64,000 nt of DNA. It comes from Girardia tigrina (lineage: Eukaryota). Positions 1 to 12,500 of this stretch are shown here, piece after piece. How positions within the stretch are numbered: the first letter of the stretch is position 1; every line of letters starts with the position of its first letter. Position numbers and translations under genes: made by a program. The notes beneath the pieces were generated by a model. The model was not told where the DNA came from. It saw nothing but the letters and a program-made list of their open reading frames with translations, and made no database searches. Where the stretch lies: positions 9,470 through 73,469 of the forward strand of contig MQRK01224117.1 in NCBI GenBank assembly GCA_001938485.1, in the 5' to 3' direction.

Positions 1-329
1 AGAATTAACTCAATGCTAGTGAAGAATGAATGCTCAGATGGGATCATGACAACTTCGGTCTGTGTAAGCATGTGAAATCTTTCAAGTAAAAATCTGACAC
101 ACAAACTCACACACACACATACACATATCCTGCATTTATGGCCACACAGCACTGTACATTAGCTATATATGAAACAGAAGGCTGCACTTCGCATATAATT
201 TTGAATGACTTTTACTTTACTGATTTGTATGCGTTTTTTTAATGCAAACAGCATGCAACTCTCTTATCAAAATGTAATAATTTACATTGCAAACTAACAC
301 AAAAAAGATATTTCACCTCATTGGCATAG

Positions 330-504
330 CAGCAATTTTCATTAAAATATGATTATACTTAAAACCTAAACCTTCACACTGCTAAAAAACCAGAGCTAAT
401 TTTTGAAAATGGTTGTCAGATTCGTGATCAGCACCATCGAAATACCCAGGAACAGTGAAAAATGTTCTTGTAACAGACAAAAAGTTAAAATTTGTTGTAC
501 AGTG
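330..504. mobile_element. Right terminus of a DNA transposon (CMC/Chapaev3-like)
   Basis: Ends AAAATTTGTTGTACAGTG followed by TTA, with subterminal GATTCGTGATCAGCACC; partner end not identified. Confidence 0.35.
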
Positions 505-1749
505 TTATTAATAAATGTTTAAATTATTTTATGTAATAAGCATAAAATAATCATTCGATATAGAAATCTATCGAAATAAATCTAAATTATGGAAGAAAAC
601 CAAGAACAATTTGTGTGGATCTATCCCAATCCAAACGGTTTATATTCGATAAATCCGTTTCTCGTAGAATATCCAAAGTGTATCTAAACCGAAAGAGAAG
701 ACATTACTCGACTGAAACTGGAATGGTCTCGATGTCGCATGCCCAAACAGAGAAATTGACATGGTTACACGGGCATCATTGGATATTTGACAGAACCGCC
801 TTTACCGTCGAAATGTTGCTTTCAGTCGTTTTTCACCTTTGGTGGCTGGAAAAAATATCATGAACTGAAAAGAAGACCGGTTCGAAAATCCGGGCAGAAA
901 ATTTCTTTTGATTTATGTCAAATGTGAGCATTATTCAGTCCGGATGTAATGACTCCAGTGATTTCTAGAAGAGTTCTTTCGATCAGAGATGACATCCCGG
1001 ATTCTTGATAACGGAGATTCGATAAGAGAGACTAGAATTGCTTTTGACACTATCAATAAAAATAAATATATTTTTAATTACTTTTCTTTCTTAACATTTT
1101 GTTAATAAAAATTATTTCATGTGGAAAACTTACGATTTTCATGGTTTTTTTTCGCTTTATCTGGGCTGATATGAACCGCCAGTTCAATTCTTAAGCTGGA
1201 AGCTAAGTATAAATTTGATATATGCTCAAATATATTCTAAAGTTAAATATAAAGATGTTTACTTTTATATTGTTAAATGGACATTGTATTAATAAATGTC
1301 CTAATATCAGGTGTGTATGTTGTGTGTATATGTGTGTATGCATGTGTGTTAATGGATAGAAAAACTTATTTTATATAATTTACATTATCGAATGAACATT
1401 TTATTTTTAAATGGACATTTGAGTAAGTATGTATTTTATATAAGCATTTTAATTGGTTAATTTTGCATTGTCTTTAAATTTTAGACATGGATTTATTATC
1501 AAATGAATACTTTATATTAATGAATGGACCTAACAGTAAAACAATTTAACTAAATTAAAATTATATTTAAAAAATTTGTGATATAATAATGGCTGCATTT
1601 GTTTACCTATATTAATTAAACTTTTCAACACGTTTTTTCTTTTGAATATATAAGAAAAATAGATATAAAAATGCATATAAAATTTCAATGTACCCAACAG
1701 TTGATACACTACTGAACGGCGAACTTTATAAACAGACCGGACAGGCAGT

Positions 1750-2937
1750 CTAATATGAAATGTTTTCTCCGTAAGGAAAAAAATTCAGGACACTAACAGG
1801 TCATTGTTAATCTCTCTAAAAACGAGGCTTCATTTCGTCCAGGTAAACTCACCCACTATATATGAGAAGGAATGGGACGTGACTGATTCCATATCTTTGA
1901 TGAAATCAGTGAAAAATAAATACGACACCTGAACTGAGTTTCTCCAAAATAGTGCAGAGATAGCCACAATTGTTTGATGTTGGTAGATTCTAGGACCTGG
2001 CCTTCCCTAAAAGATGTAAAAATATATTCACTATTTTGGTATCGACAGAATACTTTTCTCAGTTCACATATTTTAGCGGACAACAAAAAAGGAATAACAG
2101 AAAAAGTTCTAAATAAATGTGAAAATTGCTTATCAATAGATTCAAGTGAGGCACCTGAGAGCAAAGGGAATTACAAGTCTTAAACAATTATGAACTCCTT
2201 GTGTGCAATATAACTCACTGTGACTGAGTAGTATATTTCACTTGTGTTAACTGCGGACCAAATTGGTTTGTAATTTGCAGAGGACTACGTAACTATGCAA
2301 CCGAATGTGTGGTGGAAATATTTGCTAATATTCTCAGAGAAATAGGACCACTCAATGAATTGTTGTGTGATACAGTCAAATGTTTAAAATCGGATAAATT
2401 ACAAAGCTAGAACAATACTTGTAATGTAGTAGTCAGGTATTGTTGTATATACATATATCTGGAATCGATATCGTTGAGAAAAATCATAGGAACTTAATGG
2501 AACTTATTTGTATGATTAGATTTTTCCTATGGTTAAGTCAGAGAAAATTTTTTTTAGGAGACCGATTTCAAACTAGATGAGTGCCGCGATGTGGAGAGAA
2601 ATACACAAATATGTGACAAAGGTGGATCATGTCGCCGGTTAATTCTGGAATGTCAATCGAGGCGAATTTAGTTCCAAAAGATGTATCAGAGTCGAAAAAT
2701 TAGCTTACCGGAACAGTATCAAAATGTAAAGATAAATTAGTGGCTGTGAAAGGAGAGCAACTAGATGATGACACACTGGGTGATGACCGAGAACCGTTCA
2801 TTCCTGACCAGATCACAAAGCATTTATGACGATAAGATAACTGGAATGTGTGATGATAAAATAACTCCGAAAATTTCCATATATCATTAATTAGTATTCG
2901 ATAAAATGTTGTTTCTTTGTATACTCAGATTCTGACA
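1750..2937 (+). mobile_element. Heavily degraded Ty3/Gypsy integrase region with a possible short 3' LTR (2849-2937)
   Basis: VLNKCENCLSID zinc-binding remnant; CGPNWFVICRGLRNYATECVVEIFANILREIGPLNELLCD integrase-core remnant; TGTGATGA...GACA segment begins like the LTR at 12310-12442. Confidence 0.55.
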
Positions 2938-3557
2938 AAACTTTTGAGATTCGTAATTGTTTCAAAATACATTTTTGTTCTCTCATTTATTTTTTAGTTA
3001 TAATTAGATTAATTTTAAATTTAATTTTTTTTGGAAGCTTTTGTTCAAAATTTCATAATTTTTAATGATAGTTATTCTTTTAAACAAGTTATTGTGATTC
3101 TTGTAATGTTAACTAAGCATAATAAAAACCTATTATAAATCTCTCGGTAAAAATTCAATATTTCTTATTAATTTATTAATTGTTAACCCGTCACAAAGAA
3201 TTGCAAAAAAGTTATAAAAACTCAAACAGATTAACAAAGTCCATAATTAAAAAAACAAAAGTTAATTTCTTTCCATAACAAGTTATTAAGATTTCTAACA
3301 ACTTAAATTAGCACAATAATAAAAAAACTACTGTAAAGCCTCCAAAAATTTTCTTCGCTTTTTATTAAATTATAATTGTAGAAAAAGCATTTTCTAAAAT
3401 TATATTACCATTATAATTTATAATCGTATTTATAAATCCATAAAAAACTAATTTCAATATTAAATCTTATTATCGATTAATAATTTATTGTTTAAATATT
3501 AAAATCTTTATAAAATAGATTTTCTTTATTTCATTAAATTAACAATCGATATTTCAA

Positions 3558-6500
3558 ATGAATACACTGACTACAACATCGATTCAATTGAAAGATTGCA
3601 CAAATGACAATAAGACAATTTTTAAAAAGCCTAATAAAAATAAAATCAATTGTAATAATAATGAGAACGAAACTATCAACAAAAACACAAACGAGACTCA
3701 ACCGAAAAAACAACTGTTATTAAACGGCGAAATAGCGACTGAATATGTAGAAATACCGAAGTAATATTTAAGTTAATGAGAGTTGTGCTGATAATTTTTT
3801 GTATTATTTGAGGGGCAAACGGCAACAGAGGCGCAGTCGCAGCTGCAGTCAAATCAGTTCAGTGAAACCAAAGAAAAATAAAGAGAAAGCCAGTTCCAAT
3901 CAGAATCTAGTGGAACTGTGGGCCAATATTCGTCGAAGTGAACGATGCTCGGAGAAATTGCTCAAAGTTGATTTTGAACTAGAAATATTTGAGTTTGTTT
4001 TAATAGGTTTGTTTTTTTTTCAGGACAGGAAAGAACAAAGTGTCATCACGAATATTTTGAACAATCGAGAAGAGGGCATGCGTGTAATTCTCATTGATTA
4101 TTTGGATTTAATTGTTCTGGAAAGATTATTAGAATGATTCTACGGGGAAAATATTTTTTCGAAATCTTTTAATATGTGTTATGCCGACTTTGTGTAACTG
4201 CCGAATTCACGATTTTGGCAACTTTAATTTCAATTCAATTATGAAATTAACATTGAAAATTCTGCATTAAATAAGAAAATTTATCAATTTAATGTGAATA
4301 ATATCGATTTAGTACTACAAAATATCAATTTAATATGAAAGAATATCGATTTAATATAAAAAAATATCGATTTAATATGAAAAAATATCGATTTAATATG
4401 AAAAAATATCGATTTAATATGAAAAAATATCGATTTAATATGAAAAAATATCGATTTAATATGAAAAAATATCGATTTAATATGAAAAAATATCGATTTA
4501 ATATGAAAAAATATCGATTTATTGTGAAATTTTTAAAAAAAATATATACGTTTGTAATTTAGCTTGTCACTTAGAAAGAAGCTGTAATAACTAAGAATAA
4601 ATATTTTAGATTTCCATTTTGCATAATAAATTAAGATTTTTTTATTTTTTCATATTAAATTGATATTTTTCATATTAAATCGATATTTTTTTATATTAAA
4701 GCGATATTTTTCATATTATTTTCATAAGCGATATTTTTCATATTAAAGCGATATTTTTCATATTAAATTGATATTGTTCATATTAAATCGATATTTTGTC
4801 ATATTAAATCGATATTTTTTTATATTAAATCGATATTGCTCATATAAAATCGATATTTTATCATATTAAATCGATATTTTGTCATATTAAATCGATATTT
4901 TTTTATATTAAAGCGATATTTTTCATATTAAATCGATATTTTTCATATTCATATTGAAGTGATATTTTTCATAAGCGATATTTTTCATATTAAAGCGATA
5001 TTTTTCATATGAAATTGATAATTTTTCATATTAAATTGATATTTTTCATATGAAATTGATAATTTTTCATATTAAATCGATATTTTTTCATATTAAATCG
5101 ATATTTTGTCATATTAAATCATTATTTTGTCATATTAAATCGATATTTTTTTATATTAAAGCGATATTTTTTCATATTAAATCGATATTTTTTCATATTA
5201 AATCGGTATTTTATCATATTAAATCGATATTTTGTCATATTAAATCGATATTTTGTCATATTAAATCGATATTTTTTCATATTAAATTAATAATTTTTCA
5301 AATTAAATGCGGAATTTTTAATATTAATTTCAGAAGTTTTCATTTTAAATTTATAATCTCATTTTTAATTGTGAAATTTTCATATTAAATGCCCTATTCT
5401 TCTCATTTCTGGTGTAAATCAATTGGTTATATTGTTTAATTAACAATGATTCACAATATAACCTCTCAAAGTTAGTTTGAAGTATAGAAAACTTATCTTT
5501 TGAAATGGACAAGATTCTATCCTTGCAACAAACACAATGATCAAAACCTTGCTCGATCGACTCCGCAGTGAATGTTCACTAATCCGTGTTTTGAGGTGAT
5601 GATTTTTCTCTCAAATGTACAAGTTGTGACATCGTTACACTCAAATTTATGTTCAAGATTGTCTTTCAATGTACAGTCAGTTCTCGATTTCACTGTATGT
5701 TACTTTGAACACTATTCCAACATTGTCGATATTTTTATAGAGTGCATTTTTAAAACTTCTAAATCCTTCAGAAAATGGTATTTTTATAATTTTAGAACAC
5801 TCACCAAATCCTCATTTTTGATCTTTAGAGTTTGGAGTCAATTCAACATTAGTCTAATATTAATCGTTATGTTCTTATTTAGGTACATATTTAACCGATT
5901 TCTGAGAATATCCAGACTGTTGCATGTATATTTATAATGAGAGAAAAGATACCAAACTTTGTGAACTAACCTTTTGATCATACCATCTCTGTATCTCTCC
6001 TCACAATAACTTTTTGATAACTTGATTTTCTATGCCATTCTATTTCATATCTTCCACTCATTTTTTACTAGAACATCCAAGAATGGGAGGTTATCATTCT
6101 CCAATTCTGTCTTGAAATTGATATTTTGATGAATATTCCTGAAACATAAAAATGGTTCTATATGAGATTTATCTTTGAAAATCAAAAAGTTATCATCTAC
6201 ATATCTCATACACAATGGCTATTCTGCTGTGTATTTGTCCATGCGCTTTTTAATGAATTGCTTGAAAATGGAAGCCAGTGTTGCAGCAAGTGGAGAACCA
6301 GTTGCAACACCGTTTTTCTGAATGTACCATTTCTCAATAAAGAAAAACAAAACATTTACGCAAAAGTTCAGAAAAAGATTCTGGGATCTTTCTTGTTTTC
6401 AGAATCTGCTCTACATTTCCATAATTGTTTTGCAAGTTGACTGAAACCTGTTGTAGTGACCATTTTCAACAAAAAATCGAACCATGTTAAAATATTCATA

Positions 6501-9500
6501 AATTTAAATATTATTTAAATGTAATTCGAATTTCTTCTATTTTTTTGTCTCAAAGTTATTTAATAATTACAAAATTATAATTCCCACAAGTTTTTTTTCA
6601 CAAAGAATGTCGGGATCAATCGACCCAAGAATTTTCATACTCAAAATTGTAAATAAGTAAATGACAAGAAAAGAAGCGTTATTTCAGTGAACCAAAAAAA
6701 AACTACTCAAAAAATTGAACTGTAAGCGAACTGCCGAAAAACTCATGTAATTGTTATTTCGCTGTCAATAAATTTTGTGTTCTATACCAAGCATTTTCTT
6801 ATTTTTTGCATATGGGAACCGCCATGGAAACTTCCACTTCACCACTCCACAAAGAAGTCAATTCGAAGTGCTTCCGAAAATAGTAACGTTCATTGACATT
6901 TCGGCACTGAAAATCAATATTTTATATTTTTGAAGTTGAAATATCTTTTAGTATTTGAATAAACGAAACATAAACCGAGTGTTTATTTTATTAGATAATT
7001 TAATTAGATGACCGATTTAGATAATCAATACGGTCGATAAAGGCCGCGGTGTTGAAAGCACTGCTTTCTTTGAAAAAGACAGTTTTATCGTTGAATACTC
7101 GGGTAATCTGATGTTCGAAAAGGAAGCAAGAGAGAAAGAGGCGATCTATCAAAAAGACTCATCGAAAGGATCATACATGTTCTATTTTAAATATAAGTAT
7201 GTTAATTACAATTTATTACATCCATTTTTGATTTTACGCGAAGGGATTTAAAATATTGTGTCGATGCAACAGAAGAATCAGGTAGACTGGGACGCTTGCT
7301 CAACCACAGCAAAATGAATCCCAATTGTTTTGTAAAAGTAATTCCAATCGATAATGTACCGAGACTGACGATATTCGCTAAAAGAGATATTCAAATAGGT
7401 TTGATAATTATTACTTAATTCTATTAAATTGTCCAAATAAACTTAAAATTACTTTTGAGGACAATTTTAAATAATGTTTCTTGAATCATTGCACCCACTT
7501 ATAGGCAGTACTTTTGCGCATGACTGCATCACCCAATACACGGGATAAACATTGCCTAATGTTAGCTTGCAATGGGCCTTCCTTGTGCAGAAAATAAACG
7601 ATTGCACTCTGTGCGTGCACTGTGTCTTACATTCATTCTGAAAAAGAAGAAAATGAGTAATTCACAAAACAGCAAACTATATTCTTACATAATGTGTGTC
7701 CACTAAAAAAGTGCACAAGTTTTAAAACCATGATAACTTTTTAATTAGACCTTCAAATTGACGGAAATCTGAACAAAGACTCGATCATAATAACACAATA
7801 ACTATTTTATTATATCAAACTATTAAGGCCATAAGAGTTAGCAAGCATTATTCTTTGTCTAAAATTTGCAAATAATGTCCTAAAATATAAATTGTTAAAC
7901 TGATTAGCTTTAGTTTTGATTCTGCGAATCAACTGGTCTTCAGAATCGGCAGTCCAACCCTTTTCATATACCTTCTCCTTTAAATGAGCCCAAAACTTTT
8001 CAATTGGGCGTATTTGGGAGCACAAGGTGGATTCGAATCTTTTGACAAATGGAATTTTGTTGTCCTCTAAGCACTTCAGACTTGCTTTGGCGTAGTGACA
8101 AGAAGCAAGATCTGGCCAGAAGATGAAGTGACCAGCTGGGTATTTCTCATTCAGATAAGTAAGCAAACGCTTCGTTAAGCACTCGGAGATATAAATATCC
8201 GAATTAGAAGCTACAGATTTCCATTTCCTGATGTACAGGTTTGAAATGCCTCGTCTGGAAACAGTTGCCCAAACCAAAACTTTTACTGTGAATTTCTCTC
8301 GAAATTTAAGGCGAATATTATCAGGTACATCGCCGAACTTCTTTTGGTCCATATAATAACCCGATCTCATTGCTTCGGTGAGTGTAAAATACGACTCATC
8401 ATCAAGTACAAAGTCGGTTTTGGTCTTTTCCACAACAATTTTAGCGAGATTTTGCAACCTGGCTTTCTCGCGAATAATCTGTGTCGGAGTAACCTTTGGG
8501 GCTTCTTTCCTCTTTTGAAACACTATGTTATTAGTCTTGAGCATCTTATGCACGTAAGACTTTGAAACATTCATTTCTCTACCTAACTTTCTCACACTTT
8601 GTCCAACAGTCAAAGTTGAACGCCTCAGAAGTCTCTTCCTTTTGTCTGACATCATTTTAACAGGTTTCCTTCCACTTGCTACTTTTCTTTCAATGCTGCC
8701 GGTTTTCTCATAGCGTTGTATTACTCACTTTTACTATGCGTTTTGAAAAAATTGATTATATCTTCATGTCGTTTTGAAATCATTATAATTGTCTCTAAAA
8801 TAAAACATTAAATACCTGCTTTACTATTTCTAACCTATTAAAACAAATATTTAAATTCCAAATTTACGAAATTAAATAATATTACATTAAAAAGTTATGA
8901 TGGTTTTAAAACTTGTGCACTATTTTAGTGGGCACACGTTATAGTCAGCCAATTATGTCTATCCTATTTTTGATTGGTTAACACAAACGAGACAGTATGT
9001 AATGGTAAGAGATACATATGCACTCAGTGATTTGACTTTTTTCCATGAACATTTAGGATGATCTTCGTATATTAAAACATCACTAATCATTATTCCACTT
9101 TTAGTGTCGTCTATAATTTCAAAAAACATCCCGATAACTTATTGTCTGCTGAAGTGTACGACAAAATAATCAGTTTAAAATTTTTGCAACGATGTGAAAT
9201 ATTTCAATATTAAATCCCATTAGAAAATAGAAATCCGTTAGTGAGGCTCAGATCAATGATGGACATCGATTTTGATAAAACAAATAGTGTTAATAAATAA
9301 TATAACTTTTGAAAATAAGCCTAAAAACTGAACACCCGTGAAGATGAATGCTCAGGGTCCTGTTGGCTTAATACATGTTTCGGTTTATGTGACATAAACA
9401 TAATAAAAAATGAAATCAAACACTTTTATGTTATTTTTGAACATATAATTTCCTTTGGGTTTCTTTTAACGAAATTATTAAATAAACATTTATTATAAAA

Positions 9501-12500
9501 TAATTTAAACTTGTGTAGTTTTAATTCGGGGATAAATTGACCTATAGGCTTCCTTCCAAGTTCAGTACTATGAATAATGTTCAAACTATTACTCCAACAT
9601 AGACCTTCAGGAACAGTTTGATAAATATTTATAATTACATAATTTTCGTGTGCTATTTAAATATTTTTTTAAATATTTGTTTTGTGATTATCCGATTGAT
9701 TCTTCAGCATTTCAATCACTTGTATAATATCTCGAAATCTTTCTGAACACTTAATTACCATTTAGTCTTCGACAATACAGTCGAGTACTATTATATGTTA
9801 TTGGATCCATCTGAAAGCATCTGTAATCGTGGAAAATTAATACTTAACTATATAGACTTAACTTTTATCAACACTGTCTTTAAAGTTTCAAAGTAGAGTG
9901 CTATGTTCATTAAAATGAAAATTAAATTCAAAAACCGCGCGCACATAAAATTTTTTGCACGCACAAATTGTTTTTTGAAAAAAATAAAATTGCACTGCCC
10001 TATGAAATCCATATACAGTATTTTTTCGATCTAATACGTCGTTGCTGCAATCTACCTCGACGTTGTTGCACTTAATTACGTCAGTTAAAATGTATTAGGT
10101 TGATGCAAAAGAAATGTCGTTTTTAATATATTTGTTTGAAATATTTAGAAAATCATTAATAAAGAGATTCATATTTAAATTTACTTTAAAGCTTAAACTT
10201 TACTCTATATTTTGATATCAAGTATGACATTATTGTTGTTGATTTAAGGTATATTTATTTTACTTTAGAAATTTTAGAAAAGAAGGAAATGAGAACAATT
10301 TTATTCTACGATTTAAAACTAGGTTCAAAAGCGACAGAAACGGCTTGGAATATTAACAATGTATATGGAAAACATACCACTAATTTACGAACAGTACAAC
10401 GTTGGTTTTCTAAGTTTCATAGTGGCAACCAGAGCCTTGGAGATGAAGAACAGGGTAGTGAACAATCACAAGTTGACGACGACCTTTTGAAGAAGTTAAT
10501 CAATGTTGACCCGCATAAAAATTCAGGGAAAGTCGCTCAAGAACTCAACATTTACCAATCAACAGTTGTTCACCATCTGAAGAAAATCGGGAAAGTGAAA
10601 AGGCTGGACAAGTGGTTGCCGCACGAATTAAACGAAAATAAAAAAAAATCATCGTTTTAACGTGTGTTCTTCTCTGCTTTTGCGTAATCAAAGTAACCCA
10701 TTTCTGAATTGAATTGTAACGTGCGATGAAAAATGGGTCCATTACGACAACCGGTGACGTTCAGTTCAGGGGTTGGATTTCAATGAGGATCCAAAGCCTT
10801 TCCCAAAGCCAAAATTACATCGAATAACTGTTTGGCGGTCTGTACACGGTTTAATCCATTACAGCTTCCTAAAACAAGGCGAAACAATTACAGTGGAAAA
10901 GTATTGTCAGCAAATTGACAAAATGCCCTGCTTAATAAAATGTATTACTTAATAGAAAGGGGTCAATTCTTCAGCATGACAACGCTCGTCTACATGTTAC
11001 AAGAAAGACCATGCTGAAGTTAAACGAACTGGGATATGAAACTTTGCCTCATCCACCGTACTCACTAGACCTTTCTCTTACAGACTATCACCTTTTCAAA
11101 CCTTTCAGCCAGCTCCTTCGCGAAAAATGTTTTAGAAATCAAGGAGATGCTAAAAGAGCCTTGGACGACTTCATCGCCTCCAGAACTCATGAATTTTATG
11201 ATACTGGAATAAAAAAACTTGTTACCCGTTGACAACAGTGTGTTCAATGTAATGGTTTTTATTTTGACTAAGAAAGTTATGTTAATTTCAAGTTGACGGT
11301 TAAAAAACGACATTTCTTTTACACCAATCTAATATATTCAGGATTTTTTGGAATAATTTGAAATAAGTTTTAGTAAATTAGGATTTTTATGAATAAAATG
11401 AAATATTTTGTTATGAATTAGAATTTTGGCACTAAAATGAGAAAATTTTTTTGGAGAAAATAAAATGATTATCGAAAATGAAATGATTATCTACCTTTCA
11501 CTCTATTATAAGACTTGTAAAAATATAATGAAAAAAAATGAATCAAATTTAATTCTATATTAATGAGACATTTTATTTTAAAATTAGATTTTTGTCATAA
11601 ATATCTTTATAATTTAGTTGTTAAGCATCACCCGAATATTTATGATTTAATATCGTGTATAATAAAAGAACAAGGATTTACATAAACATTGATGACACAA
11701 ATTAGTGCTGGCCAAGTTGTTAACAAAAAAAATAAAAATTATAATTTAAGTCAACGTATTTCAAACTTGCAACTGCGTTTTGATAATTTTATATCTAATT
11801 GACTTTTTTTTCTATTTGGAAAGTAAATCGCTGTTTTGGGATTCGTGGTTATAGGGATATGCCCATCCAACGAGCAGACCGACTTAATTTTCTGCTGAAC
11901 CGAGACAGGCAAACCCACTATAACTGCGCTCTTCACCCATTCCTCACATACATCAGAATCAATAACACGTACCAGTTTTTTCACATCGGCCACGAACACA
12001 TCCACCGATTTATTTTCTTGTAATTTCGGCTGCATAATGCACTGAATGCTGTCATCCGATCGATGCAGAATGCTTTTTCTAACGCCCGCTTCAGCTCCGA
12101 ATATTCTCGTTTTGTCCCATCTGCCAATCCGTCGTACACCGCAAAAGCTCCCCCAGATAAGAAAAGCGGTATCACCGATTCTAAATTCTCCACACATTGA
12201 AGTCGGTCTGCTAACTCCAATTTGGCGATCTATTCCCCGAAATTGCCCACCCCATCATATCGACTGATTACGTCTCCCAATTTATTCATCTCGGACTGCC
12301 ACGATAGCTTGTGATAAAAGACAATCAAATAAAACGTTCAAGGCAAATAAATTATATTTTCGCACAAATATTCCAATTTCCAATTGTCCGCACTTTTTTC
12401 TGTTAATTAAAATTTTAATTATCAGTCGTTTTCCTCATCACACGCCCCCGTGATGTCATCATCATCCATTTCAAAATCTTCAAACCGCCCAGGAGCACGA

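Noticed and set aside
590-1050. GC-richer patch with short ORFs; possible minus-strand terminal exon SLLSNLRYQESGMSSLIERTLLEITGVITSGLNNAHI*
   Set aside because: No recognisable homology and no upstream exon could be linked.
4335-5388. Repetitive ORFs (MKKYRFN)n and (FHIKSIF)n; CRISPR-like periodicity
   Set aside because: They are translations of the 21-bp foldback arrays; there are no unique spacers or cas genes and the context is a eukaryotic intron.
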